This document shows positions 36,888 through 46,656 of a stretch of 64,000 nucleotides of DNA, in pieces; positions within the stretch are counted from its first letter, which is position 1; each line of letters starts with the position of its first letter. Where the stretch lies: the NCBI GenBank assembly GCA_021295915.1, contig JAGWBK010000001.1:139644-203643 (forward strand), written 5' to 3'. The notes under the pieces are model-generated. The model saw nothing but the letters and a program-made list of their open reading frames with translations, was not told the origin of the DNA and did no database searches. This DNA comes from Dehalococcoidia bacterium (GTDB taxonomy: Bacteria; Chloroflexota; Dehalococcoidia; Lucifugimonadales; UBA1123). A program made the translations under genes and the position numbers.

Positions 36888-38309
36888 GTGTCAGAATCGC
36901 AGCAGTTCAGATCGGAGAGAGACTCGATGGGAGAGTTCAGTGTTCCCGTCGATGCCTATTACGGCGCCAATACGATGCGGGCCGTATTGAACTTTCCCAT
37001 CAGCGATCTTCGGTTCAACCGGTCCTTCATTGAGGCCATTGCCTCTATCAAGCTGGCTGCCAGTCAAGTCAACCACGAACTCGACTTGCTGGATGCCAAC
37101 ACAGCAGATGCCATCGCAACAGCGGCACAGGAAGTCGCCCAGGGCGGGTTCGACGACCAGTTCGTCGTCGACATCTTCCAGACCGGATCGGGGACTTCCA
37201 CTAACATGAACGCCAACGAGGTCATCTCGAACCGCGCGATAGAAAACCTTGGCGGCGTGAAGGGGGCCCGGGACCCAGTGCACCCGAATGACCACGTGAA
37301 CATGGGACAATCGTCAAATGACGTAATCCCAACTGCTATTCACATAGCTGCACTTAAAGCCATCCACAACGAACTGATCCCTGCCCTTCAGGAACTACAG
37401 GCTGAACTTGAAAAGAAGGGCGAGGAGTTCATGCCGATTCTGAAGACCGGCAGGACGCACCTCCAGGACGCCACACCTGTCCGGCTTGGACAGGAGTTCG
37501 TTGGCCATGCTGGCCAAGTAGAACGCGGAATATCCCGGCTTCGGGGAGCTGAGGACGAGCTCTCCGAGGTGGCGCTCGGTGGGACGGCTGTCGGCACTGG
37601 CGTGAACGTGCATCCTGAGTTCGCTGCTAGGGTCTGCGAGCGGCTGACAGACATGCTGGGAATCCCAGTTCGTGAGACGTCCAACCACTTCCAGGCGCAG
37701 AGCACGCTCGACAACATCGTCGCTGCCAGCGGGGCGCTGAAGACCGTTGCCGTTAGCTTGATGAAGATCAGCAATGACATCAGGTGGCTGGGATCAGGCC
37801 CACGCGCCGGCCTGGGTGAGATCATGTTGCCGGAGGTCCAGCCGGGTAGCTCGATAATGCCCGGCAAGGTCAATCCAGTGATCCCCGAGTCCGTATGCCA
37901 GGTCGCGGCTCACGTGATTGGGAACGACGCTGCTGTCGCAGTAGCCGGCCAGTCGGGCAACTTCGAGATCAACGTCATGATGCCTGTTGCGGCGTACAAC
38001 CTGCTCCAGTCGATAGACCTGCTGGCGGCGTCATCACGCAACCTTGCTCGGCAGTGCGTCAGCGGACTCGAGGCGACCTCCGCTGGCCCTGACATGGTGG
38101 ATCGCGGACTGGCTATTGTCACCACACTCGTGCCTCACATCGGGTACGACACCGCTGCTGACATCGCCAAGGAGGCTCAGGCGAGCGGGCAGACCGTCAA
38201 GGAGGTCGCGCTGGTCAGGACCGACTTCTCCTCGGAGGAGTTGGACGAGATCCTGGACCCGTCCAGTATGACGGAACCTGGGCTGGGCTCCGGAGTCGCG
38301 CTCGGTTAA
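36888..38309 (+). CDS. fumC: class II fumarate hydratase
   Basis: I trimmed the start to GTG 36888, after GAGGAG. Supporting motifs are SERDSMGEFSVPVDAYYGANT, QSSNDVIPTA and the signature GSSIMPGKVNP. Confidence 0.9.
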   Translation: MSESQQFRSERDSMGEFSVPVDAYYGANTMRAVLNFPISDLRFNRSFIEAIASIKLAASQVNHELDLLDANTADAIATAAQEVAQGGFDDQFVVDIFQTGSGTSTNMNANEVISNRAIENLGGVKGARDPVHPNDHVNMGQSSNDVIPTAIHIAALKAIHNELIPALQELQAELEKKGEEFMPILKTGRTHLQDATPVRLGQEFVGHAGQVERGISRLRGAEDELSEVALGGTAVGTGVNVHPEFAARVCERLTDMLGIPVRETSNHFQAQSTLDNIVAASGALKTVAVSLMKISNDIRWLGSGPRAGLGEIMLPEVQPGSSIMPGKVNPVIPESVCQVAAHVIGNDAAVAVAGQSGNFEINVMMPVAAYNLLQSIDLLAASSRNLARQCVSGLEATSAGPDMVDRGLAIVTTLVPHIGYDTAADIAKEAQASGQTVKEVALVRTDFSSEELDEILDPSSMTEPGLGSGVALG

Positions 38310-39571
38310 CTTTCGGCGACTTCGACTGCCAGCTCTTTAGCAAGGGCCCACTCCTCACTGGCGGTTGAGATCTCGCCGTCCAGCCATGCGTTTCTCAATC
38401 GCTTGAGGATGCTGCCGACACTCGGTCCTCTTGGCACACCCATTTCTATGAGGGAATCACCAGTCAGGTAAGGCCTGAGGCCCCTGTGTGAGCGCACGTA
38501 CTGGGAGATCCTGCAACCGAGTTTGCCGCCCTTGGCCATACCAACGCCCAATACGGCTGACTCAGCCAGGGGATCGAGAACTCTGGCAAGACTGCTGTTA
38601 GAGAAGCTCACGAGTTCAGTGGCCGACATGCGGCCAAGCGTGGCCGAGTCCTCGATCGACCTGCGCTCGGAAGCTCGCGGAATTAGCCTGGCGATTAACC
38701 CGTTGACGTCTGCCTCGGTAATGCCGCAGGCGAGGATCGCATATCCAAGCGAGGTCCGGGCTTGAGGCGGTAGCGCTCCCGCCTCGGTGGCGAATCCATC
38801 CCAGGGATCGGCATGGAATTCTAGGCAGGGATGTATGCTCCACAGCACGTTCCAGTCCGACAGGAGATTCATTGCTCCTGAAGGGTCTCGTTCCAGGAAG
38901 ACGCGGTCCAGTTCGTTTCGTATTCTGGCTGGCGAAACACTGTCTAGGAAACCGACAGACTGCAAGAGAGATTCTAGCGTGCCTGCCGTCGGAGATAGGT
39001 CGAGCCTGGAAGCATATCGGGCTGCCCTCACGATACGGGTGGGATCATCGCGAAAGCTATTTTCCTGCAGGACCCTGAGACGTCCTTGCTTCAGGTCGGC
39101 GAGTCCCTCGTGCAGGTCTACGAGGTCTCCCCAAGTTTCTGAGCACAGCGACACGGCCATCGCATTCACCGAAAAATCGCGCCTGGAAAGATCTTCCTCA
39201 AGAGTTCCAGAGCGGACGACAGGCAGACTGCCCGGCTTGGGATAGTCCTCTGCCCTCGCCATCGCGAGATCGATTTCGAGCGAATCAAGCTGAAGCTTGG
39301 CTGTTCCGAACTGGGAACGCCTGGAGAGCCGCCCTCCGGTCAGCTCAGCGATACGAGCGAAAGTCGCATCGTCGGCGCCGACGAGTGCGATGTCGAGGTC
39401 GAAGGTGCCCTGGTCGTCCACCAGGGCACCGCGCACCGATCCCCCGACCAGGAAAGGCGCGACACTGGCGGCTTCGGCCGCTGTGCCGACGGCGCGCAAG
39501 GCACGAACCAACTCCTCCGTCAGCCGCGACGCTAGCAGGTCGGCCACGTTGTCCACCACCCTACCTCCCAC
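38306..39571 (-). CDS. CCA-adding tRNA nucleotidyltransferase / poly(A) polymerase family protein
   Basis: 421 aa with the LVGGSVRGALVD and DLDIALVG nucleotidyltransferase motifs. Confidence 0.75.
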   Translation of the reverse strand: MGGRVVDNVADLLASRLTEELVRALRAVGTAAEAASVAPFLVGGSVRGALVDDQGTFDLDIALVGADDATFARIAELTGGRLSRRSQFGTAKLQLDSLEIDLAMARAEDYPKPGSLPVVRSGTLEEDLSRRDFSVNAMAVSLCSETWGDLVDLHEGLADLKQGRLRVLQENSFRDDPTRIVRAARYASRLDLSPTAGTLESLLQSVGFLDSVSPARIRNELDRVFLERDPSGAMNLLSDWNVLWSIHPCLEFHADPWDGFATEAGALPPQARTSLGYAILACGITEADVNGLIARLIPRASERRSIEDSATLGRMSATELVSFSNSSLARVLDPLAESAVLGVGMAKGGKLGCRISQYVRSHRGLRPYLTGDSLIEMGVPRGPSVGSILKRLRNAWLDGEISTASEEWALAKELAVEVAES

Positions 39572-39584
39572 AGGTGCCGGTCGA

Positions 39585-40385
39585 CTACGAAAGCGCGTTG
39601 GCCACCTTGGCCTGGAATGCCCGTCCGCCTGAGGCGACCCATGGCTGCCAGCCAGTCATCATGAACTTGACACCCATTTCGACGTAGGCCTCGACATTGT
39701 CGTCCGAAGCCAGCGAGCCAGGATTGCGTCCTGCCGAGGCGATCTTCTCGATTGCCCCTGCAATGGTGCCTGTTACTTCAGGGTGGCTGAGCTGGCCTAT
39801 CAGACCCATGGACTGCGCAAGGTCGCTCGGGGCGACGAAGAATACGTCGATGTTATCGACCGTAAGGATCTCGTCCAGGTTGTTCACGGCCACTATGTCC
39901 TCGATCAGGACAACCAGCAGACTTTGATCGTTGGCCTCGGCAAAGTAGTTGTCAACGCCGTAGCTCTGACGACTTCCGAACATGCCTCGCTCGCCGATCG
40001 GGGCGAACTTACCCGCACTTACGACCGCCTCAGCCTCGGACTTGGTGTTCACGTGCGGGACTACGATGCCCTGGGCCCCAACGTCGAGGGTCCGGTAGAT
40101 CACGCCCGGGACGTTCTGGTTTACTCTTACCACCGAAGTCATTCCCCAGAGGTCCGCCGCCCTGGTGAGGTCCGGGATGTCCTTGTAGTCGACTGGCCCG
40201 TGCTCAGTCTCTATCCAGACACCGTCGAAACCAAGCGGTCCGAGAGAGTCCACAATATCCGGCGTCATGTGCCCAGACAGTACGACGGACACTTCACCAC
40301 TGTTCAACTTTGCCTTGACTCTGTTCTCACGCATGGACGCCAATTGGACACCCCTTTTCGAAACTAACTTGGAACCTTCGGCCAC
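39585..40385 (-). CDS. HpcH/HpaI family aldolase
   Basis: 266 aa. The overall pattern includes DGVWIETEHG, characteristic of this family. Confidence 0.8.
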   Translation of the reverse strand: MAEGSKLVSKRGVQLASMRENRVKAKLNSGEVSVVLSGHMTPDIVDSLGPLGFDGVWIETEHGPVDYKDIPDLTRAADLWGMTSVVRVNQNVPGVIYRTLDVGAQGIVVPHVNTKSEAEAVVSAGKFAPIGERGMFGSRQSYGVDNYFAEANDQSLLVVLIEDIVAVNNLDEILTVDNIDVFFVAPSDLAQSMGLIGQLSHPEVTGTIAGAIEKIASAGRNPGSLASDDNVEAYVEMGVKFMMTGWQPWVASGGRAFQAKVANALS

Positions 40386-40485
40386 ACCGAGGCAGCGCCA
40401 TTATAGGTTTGGGCTATTTCATGGTCAAACGATGTGTCTGGGGTATAATTCAGTCCGATAGAGGTGTCACAGGTCGAACTCTCAT

Positions 40486-40977
40486 ATGCCGTCAGACAAC
40501 ACATACTGCCACCGCTGCGGTGAGATTCTAGGCGAGGAGCGCGTCGCAGGAGCGCTCAGGCCAAAGTGCGGTTCGTGCGGAGCGGTCGTATTTCTCGACC
40601 CCAAGCTTGCTGTGGTCGTGGTCGCGTCCCAGGAATCACGGATACTGATGGTGAAACGGGACATCGAGCCGATGATGGGTCGCTGGAGTTTCCCCTCTGG
40701 ATACGTCGACCGTGGTGAGGTGGTTGAAGATGCGGCGGTGCGTGAGGTCCGTGAGGAGACAAACGTAGAAGTCTCCCTCGATGGACTTCTCGGCGTCTAC
40801 TCTCGTGAGGGAGCTTCGGTAGTACTGGTAGCATTCGCAGCCAGCATAGTTGGCGGCAGTCCAAGCGCCGGTGACGAGGCCCAGGCAGTCCAGATGTTTG
40901 CTGCCGACGACCTACCGCCTCTGCCATTCCCGAATGATCCCGAAATCATGGCCGACTGGCGTCGGCGTATCACCTAG
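40486..40977 (+). CDS. NUDIX hydrolase with an N-terminal zinc ribbon
   Basis: 163 aa with a CHRCG...CGSCG ribbon and the Nudix box GYVDRGEVVEDAAVREVREETN. Confidence 0.8.
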   Translation: MPSDNTYCHRCGEILGEERVAGALRPKCGSCGAVVFLDPKLAVVVVASQESRILMVKRDIEPMMGRWSFPSGYVDRGEVVEDAAVREVREETNVEVSLDGLLGVYSREGASVVLVAFAASIVGGSPSAGDEAQAVQMFAADDLPPLPFPNDPEIMADWRRRIT

Positions 40978-41657
40978 ATCCCAAGTAACGGCCGGACGTC
41001 CCACACGTCATCCACAACGTGGTCCGGGCTGTATGAGTCGATGACCCATGATCGTCCATGGCTCATCCATGCAGTCCGCATCCCTATCCCACTGGCGCCG
41101 CCGATGTCCGCCACTGTGTTGTCTCCAACAAACAGGGTCTCCGCAGGGCTGGCTCCGATGAGGCTCAAGGCGTGATGGAATATTGCTGGGTCCGGTTTGT
41201 TCGCGCCAAACTCCTCCGATACGACCACTGCTCTAACCAGGTCTGCCACACCTGCGTTCCGGACCTTAGCCCACTGCATTTCGGTGGGCCCATTTGTGAC
41301 AACGCCCACTGGAACTCCAGCGACCTTCAGGTCGCGCAGCATGACTTCAGTTCCCCTGTCGACAGAGACGCAGTCTGGCACCGCAACACTATGGGCTTCG
41401 AGTGCTGCCTCTACACTCGGGAAACATCCCGGCCAGATCTCCAGCATCCTGACGTAGAAGTCTCGCAGGCTCAACTGCTCGGAGTTAGTTACCTGAAGTC
41501 CGGCTATGAACTCCTCTTCTGTTGGAGGTCGGTTCTCCCGGGGCCGGGTAGCGTACCAGTGCTCGCTCACCCTGGTGAGTGCTTCCCTTGTATCGATGAG
41601 CGTGTCATCGAAATCGAACAGGACTGCCCTATACGGCCGGATATTCCCTGGTTTCAC
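40974..41657 (-). CDS. HAD family hydrolase
   Basis: I trimmed the start to GTG 41657, after GAGAGGA. Motif I is LFDFDDTL and motif IV is VGDNTVADIGGA. Confidence 0.8.
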   Translation of the reverse strand: MKPGNIRPYRAVLFDFDDTLIDTREALTRVSEHWYATRPRENRPPTEEEFIAGLQVTNSEQLSLRDFYVRMLEIWPGCFPSVEAALEAHSVAVPDCVSVDRGTEVMLRDLKVAGVPVGVVTNGPTEMQWAKVRNAGVADLVRAVVVSEEFGANKPDPAIFHHALSLIGASPAETLFVGDNTVADIGGASGIGMRTAWMSHGRSWVIDSYSPDHVVDDVWDVRPLLGI

Positions 41658-41667
41658 AGATATCCTC

Positions 41668-42921
41668 TCATGATGAAACGGCCCTAGTCTGGTGACGCAC
41701 TCCGTACAGCGTAACCACGGCCGGAATCGAGAGTAAAGCAACAGCAGTAAACCCGACCTGCCACTGCATATCGTCAGGCACGAGGTCAAGAACGGCCCCT
41801 ATGAATATGGGGCCAACAACGCCCCCCATAAACCCCAGAAACGCCTGTACCGCCATGGTCGAGCCGAGCAGGCCGGCAGGGGCTGACTCCGTTATGGCCG
41901 TTGTGTAAATTGACGAGTCCGCCGAGATTGCCCATCCCAGAAAACACGAAACCGCAACAACCAGGGGCCAGGGGGCAGCGTACATCCACCCTATGGCAAG
42001 GCAGAGCAGGCCGCTCAAAGCGAAGATCCCCGCGGCACTCTTGACTCGGCCCAGCCTGTCTGAGATGGCGCCTCCTGCTACAGGACCAAGTCCCCCAGCG
42101 GCGAGGGCGATGCCACCGATCGTCGCGGCTGTAATGGCAGCCGTGGATACGTCGCCTCCCCTTCCAACCAGGATCGCTGCAAGCAGTGCGGGAAGCCACA
42201 CGCGCACTGCATACAGTTCCATCGCGTGGAGCGAGTAGCCGATTATGTATGCAGTTGTGATGCGGTTTCGGAGCACGTCGAGTCGCAGCCTCCCGGAGCT
42301 CTGTGACGACTGTGGAGCGGTCCTGTCACGAACTAGGGCCAGTGCCAGCGGCACACTGAGCGCAGCTAGCGCTGACAGCACCAGATAGGCGTCGCGCCAG
42401 TCCATGCTGTTCATCAGGACTCCTGTCAGAGCGAGCGAAACTGCGTTGGCGCTGTAGAATGCCGTAACGTACAGCCCCATTGCGGCTCCCCTGTTCTCGG
42501 CAGAAAACGTGGCCGAGATTATCCGGAGCCCGGGCATGTAGATCCCCACCAGCCCCACTCCTGCGGCCAACCTCAATACGCAGGCCATAACCACGTCGTA
42601 GGCGACCAGGGGGAAGAGCATGTTTCCCACCACGGAAACGAAAGCCGAGGTAAGAAATACCCACCGTGTGGGAAGCCTGTCCGTCAGAGGAAGTACCAGT
42701 AGCGCGGCAATCGCATAGCCAGCCAGGTAGCAGGAGAAGACAAGGCCTGCAGTCGTGTTGCTAATCCCCCATTCAGACTTGATAAAGGGAAGCGCGGCTA
42801 CGTAGCTCGAAAACGTGGACAGTGCCAGGAGTAAAGTCAGGCACATCGCCAGGAGCCAGGCCACCCTCCGTAGCGGCGACCCAGCTTCCGATGTGGAACT
42901 TCCTTGACTTGGCGACAGCAT
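41668..42921 (-). CDS. MFS transporter
   Basis: 417 aa with about 12 hydrophobic helices. Confidence 0.8.
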   Translation of the reverse strand: MLSPSQGSSTSEAGSPLRRVAWLLAMCLTLLLALSTFSSYVAALPFIKSEWGISNTTAGLVFSCYLAGYAIAALLVLPLTDRLPTRWVFLTSAFVSVVGNMLFPLVAYDVVMACVLRLAAGVGLVGIYMPGLRIISATFSAENRGAAMGLYVTAFYSANAVSLALTGVLMNSMDWRDAYLVLSALAALSVPLALALVRDRTAPQSSQSSGRLRLDVLRNRITTAYIIGYSLHAMELYAVRVWLPALLAAILVGRGGDVSTAAITAATIGGIALAAGGLGPVAGGAISDRLGRVKSAAGIFALSGLLCLAIGWMYAAPWPLVVAVSCFLGWAISADSSIYTTAITESAPAGLLGSTMAVQAFLGFMGGVVGPIFIGAVLDLVPDDMQWQVGFTAVALLSIPAVVTLYGVRHQTRAVSS

Positions 42922-42999
42922 ATTTCGGGAGTCAGGATACAGTGATTACGGACAGTGCGTATCCCGTCTGTTACCTGACTCAAGACCCGGGCTGGGCGC

Positions 43000-43689
43000 T
43001 CAGGGCAACGCGGCCAGTATCTGCCTCGCAGTCGATATCAACCCCGGCTCGTCAGTAAGCTCAATCACCTGGAGCAGGTCTGATTCCGCCCGTCCAAGAT
43101 CTCCCGTCATCAGATACACCTGACCTCGAACGAGGAACAGCTCTGCATTCTCCGGCTCCAGCCTTCCCGCCGCACTGAGGTCATCCAGCGCGGACTCCGC
43201 GTCCCCGATCTCCAGGTACACGCTGGCACGGCTGATGTGGGCGTCTGACAAGGTCGGCTCGAGTTCGATGGCACGTGTGTATTCGAGAATCGCCTCATCG
43301 TGATTATCGATCTCGTCGTAGATCATCCCTCGATGCAGCGATGTCAGCGGGAGGTCTGGTTCGAGTTTTTCCGCTAGGCGTAGGTCTGCCGCAGCGCTTG
43401 TAAGGTCGTCCATCACGATGTAGACGTAAGCGCGCCTGGCGTACGCCTCGGCATTCCTGGGATCGGCTTCGATCGCCGCATTGTACGCTCCATACGCCTG
43501 CTCTATGTGACCGTCCTCCTGCAGTTCAACGCCGCGCCTCAGGTCGGTGTTTTCGGGGATACCACCTTCAGAGCCCCCACAGGCGAGACCGGCTGCAATG
43601 GTCGACATGAAGACACAGAGCAATACGAGCTTCTGGAAGGCGGCCAGTTTGTGCGAGCGCCGTTCCATCATGTGGCGTTCGAGTTTCAA
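43000..43689 (-). CDS. tetratricopeptide-repeat lipoprotein
   Basis: 229 aa with a signal peptide ending in the LACGG lipobox, followed by five or six TPR units. Confidence 0.75.
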   Translation of the reverse strand: MKLERHMMERRSHKLAAFQKLVLLCVFMSTIAAGLACGGSEGGIPENTDLRRGVELQEDGHIEQAYGAYNAAIEADPRNAEAYARRAYVYIVMDDLTSAAADLRLAEKLEPDLPLTSLHRGMIYDEIDNHDEAILEYTRAIELEPTLSDAHISRASVYLEIGDAESALDDLSAAGRLEPENAELFLVRGQVYLMTGDLGRAESDLLQVIELTDEPGLISTARQILAALP

Positions 43690-44180
43690 CGATCGGATCC
43701 TGGCTGAACCAGTCCGGCAATGTCCGAGTCACCAACCTTCTTCCAAGGAGTCATATCACCCCAGGATGTGACTCGTATGGGTCTGAGCCTGATTACAGAG
43801 GCCTCATCAGATAGCAGAGTGCGGTACTGATCATACTTGCGCCTCAAGGCATCAATTGCGTTCGCCCTCTCGTGACAGTCATTGACCAGGCTGGCATCCG
43901 CACTAATGAGGACGTAGCCCAGTCGGCTCCAGTTATCCGAATATCGGTCGACGATGAATGCCGCCCGCGGGTTGCAGACGATGTTCCGAACTCGTCGAAG
44001 CTTCAGAACGTCCACGGTCTTGGGTTTGCCGTCCAGACCTATGTATATGGAATCGCCCAGCAACTCGAAGCAGACTGGAATTACGTGTGGCAGGCCTTCA
44101 GGAGATGAGGTCGCCAGCCGTCCTACCCTCGCGCTGGCGACGAACCGTCGAGCGTCATCCGCAAGCACCTGACAACTCAC
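43686..44180 (-). CDS. pyridoxamine 5'-phosphate oxidase family protein (possibly F420-dependent)
   Basis: 164 aa with the motif ARVGRLATSSPEGLPHVIPVCF, typical of the PPOX split-barrel fold. Confidence 0.75.
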   Translation of the reverse strand: MSCQVLADDARRFVASARVGRLATSSPEGLPHVIPVCFELLGDSIYIGLDGKPKTVDVLKLRRVRNIVCNPRAAFIVDRYSDNWSRLGYVLISADASLVNDCHERANAIDALRRKYDQYRTLLSDEASVIRLRPIRVTSWGDMTPWKKVGDSDIAGLVQPGSDR

Positions 44181-44186
44181 GTCAGA

Positions 44187-44990
44187 TCACACCGGCTGCC
44201 AGACGCGCCTGTCTCCAGATCTGACAAATCTCCCGTATCCAGGCTCCGGGAAGTGTCCCGAGGCGACCAGCGTGCCGTCGCTCTCAAGCCTGTCCAGGAC
44301 GGAGTGCCGAGTCTCCCGGGCGAGGTCGGGGTCGGTATCGAATCCAGGACTCCAGTCCGTGTACTGCGCCTGGGCAGGACTGTGCGCCACGTCCCCGAGT
44401 ATGAACGCGCTCTCACCAGCGGACGTGATTACGAGTGATATGTGACCAGGTGTGTGGCCGGGCGTCGGCAGTGTCTTGACCTCGTCTGTCACGTTGTACT
44501 CGCCGTAGATCAGGTCGAGAACATTCAGGCCTTCCAGTGGAATCATCTGCGCATCCACGTGCGGCGCCTGCTCACGCATTTCAGGCTGCGTCCAGTGGTC
44601 CCAGTCGACGCGTGTGACCAGGTACCTGGCATTGGGGAACGTAGGACTGCCGTCCGACATATTCCATCCCACATGATCAGGATGTATGTGGGTCAGGACA
44701 ACGAGGTCGACCACATCCCTGTCCACACCGCTCTCGCTGAGCTGGGTTAGCAGTGTGCCGTCCGGGCCTCCGAGGCCCGTGTCAACCAGCATCAGCTTGC
44801 CGCCCGAGTTGAATGCGAACGACCCGAACCTTGGATGAGTCAGGCCCGCATCGTCCAGGAGGTCACTGTACTCGGACCTCCAGATTTCCATCTCGCTCGC
44901 CGGGAAGACGTCCGTGGGCACCATGTCGCCCTGCCCGTCTGATACCGACACAATCTCGATATTGCCTACTGTGACCTTCGCACCTACCAC
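44187..44990 (-). CDS. MBL-fold metallo-hydrolase
   Basis: 267 aa with the THIHPDHVGW (HxHxDH) motif. Confidence 0.85.
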   Translation of the reverse strand: MVGAKVTVGNIEIVSVSDGQGDMVPTDVFPASEMEIWRSEYSDLLDDAGLTHPRFGSFAFNSGGKLMLVDTGLGGPDGTLLTQLSESGVDRDVVDLVVLTHIHPDHVGWNMSDGSPTFPNARYLVTRVDWDHWTQPEMREQAPHVDAQMIPLEGLNVLDLIYGEYNVTDEVKTLPTPGHTPGHISLVITSAGESAFILGDVAHSPAQAQYTDWSPGFDTDPDLARETRHSVLDRLESDGTLVASGHFPEPGYGRFVRSGDRRVWQPV

Positions 44991-45083
44991 GATTCTCCTC
45001 CCTAACGCGGAATGTGGATGAAGTCAGAACTTTCGCAGCGCGTATTCTATATGTCGTCATAAAGAGGGGCAAACGCAGCCGGC

Positions 45084-45111
45084 TTGACACCCCAATCTGC
45101 GCAGATATGAT
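45084..45111 (+). promoter_or_regulatory. sigma70-like promoter, TTGACA-N16-TATGAT
   Basis: The -35 is at 45084-45089 and the -10 at 45106-45111, about 30 nt upstream of the hydantoinase start. Confidence 0.45.
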
Positions 45112-45143
45112 AGCGAGCGAGACCAATAGGGAGGATGTGACCC

Positions 45144-46574
45144 ATGGCAGGCAGAGGAGCTGACTACATGATCCGGGGCGGCCTCGTCGTCCGTGGAAGT
45201 GGCATCACGCGCGAGGACATTGTCGTCGCCGACGGCAAAGTCGTCGAAAACGACGGAAGCTATTCCGATCCCGATATAGGGAGAATCATCGACGCCTCGG
45301 GGCAATTCGTACTCCCCGGGATTGTCGACGCGCACAACCACCCGGTGAACGCCGATCGCATCGAGACATTCTCCCTGAGCGCAGCGCACGGGGGCGTGAC
45401 GACGGTCGTTCCATTCATTCAGAACATGCGTCGACAGGGCATCGAGGGCACCGTCGTCGACATGATTGACGAGTTCATGGACGAGGCAGCGGCCGATTCC
45501 TACCTCGACTACGCCATCCACGCGATCCTGCTTGGAGACGACGACGTTGAAGACCAGGTGCCGCAGCTCATGGATATGGGCGTCATCTCGTTCAAGATGT
45601 ACATGACCTACCCCAGGCGCGGCATGATGATGCCCGATGACCGGATGCTCAGTGCGATGGAGATGGCCGCAGCAGACGGCGGGATCGCCATGGTCCACGC
45701 GGAGAACGGCTACTGCATCGACCACCTCGTTGAACGGTCGATCGATGCCGGGCACGTTGGTCGGGAACACTACGCGCCTTCACAGCCCAGGATACTTGAG
45801 ATCGAGGCCGCAAACCGCGCGGCGACCTACGCCAAGGTAACCGGCTGTCCCCTGTACATCGTCCACCTGTCAGCCCGCGAGATCCTGAGCGTCCTGGAAG
45901 AGTTCCGAGGAGAGGAGATGCACCTCTTCGGTGAGACGTGTCCCCAGTATCTCGACCTCACGAACCAGGCCATGCTCGACCACGGATCACTTGCCAAGAT
46001 TGGCCCTCCCCTCAGGGAACGGGAAGACAACGAGGCAATGTGGCGTGGGTTGGACTCACACCTCATCGACACCATAGCGAGCGACTTTTGCGGCTTCATG
46101 AAGTCGCAGAAGGGTTCGTACGACACGGAGGCCGACCCTGACGCAGAGGGTTCCATCTTCGACGCCACCTTCGGCGGGAACTGGGTCGAGCAGATGCTGT
46201 GTGTCGTCTACCAGGAGGGAGTAAACGCGGGCAGGATTACCCTCCCGCGTCTGGTGCAGGTCATGTGCGAGAATCCGGCCAAGATCTTCGGACTGTACCC
46301 GCAGAAAGGGTCCCTTGATCCGGGCGCAGACGCCGACATCGTGCTATTCGACCCGACCGTGGAACACACTCTCAGCGCTGAGTCCCAGCACTGCAACGCC
46401 GACTTCACGATGTTCGAAGGCAAGCAGATAACGGGCAAGCCGGTGCTGACGATGCAGCGCGGTGAGATACTTGTCGAGAACGGTGTAATGCAGCGTCCCA
46501 AGGGCCGCGCGAGGTATCTACCCGGAAACAGGGAGCTGACCGCCTACGCTGAGGCCGGCTACGGCGTTTCATAA
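45144..46574 (+). CDS. dihydropyrimidinase / D-hydantoinase family cyclic amidohydrolase
   Basis: 476 aa with the metal-binding motif GIVDAHNHP and the carbamylated-Lys context ISFKMYMTY. The start may instead be the ATG at 45168. Confidence 0.85.
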   Translation: MAGRGADYMIRGGLVVRGSGITREDIVVADGKVVENDGSYSDPDIGRIIDASGQFVLPGIVDAHNHPVNADRIETFSLSAAHGGVTTVVPFIQNMRRQGIEGTVVDMIDEFMDEAAADSYLDYAIHAILLGDDDVEDQVPQLMDMGVISFKMYMTYPRRGMMMPDDRMLSAMEMAAADGGIAMVHAENGYCIDHLVERSIDAGHVGREHYAPSQPRILEIEAANRAATYAKVTGCPLYIVHLSAREILSVLEEFRGEEMHLFGETCPQYLDLTNQAMLDHGSLAKIGPPLREREDNEAMWRGLDSHLIDTIASDFCGFMKSQKGSYDTEADPDAEGSIFDATFGGNWVEQMLCVVYQEGVNAGRITLPRLVQVMCENPAKIFGLYPQKGSLDPGADADIVLFDPTVEHTLSAESQHCNADFTMFEGKQITGKPVLTMQRGEILVENGVMQRPKGRARYLPGNRELTAYAEAGYGVS

Positions 46575-46656
46575 GACCTTTCGCAGCCGGGCATAAACAG
46601 AGGCTATGCTATACTTACGTGGCTTCTCCAGCACGTTTAATTCGGGAGGAATTCAC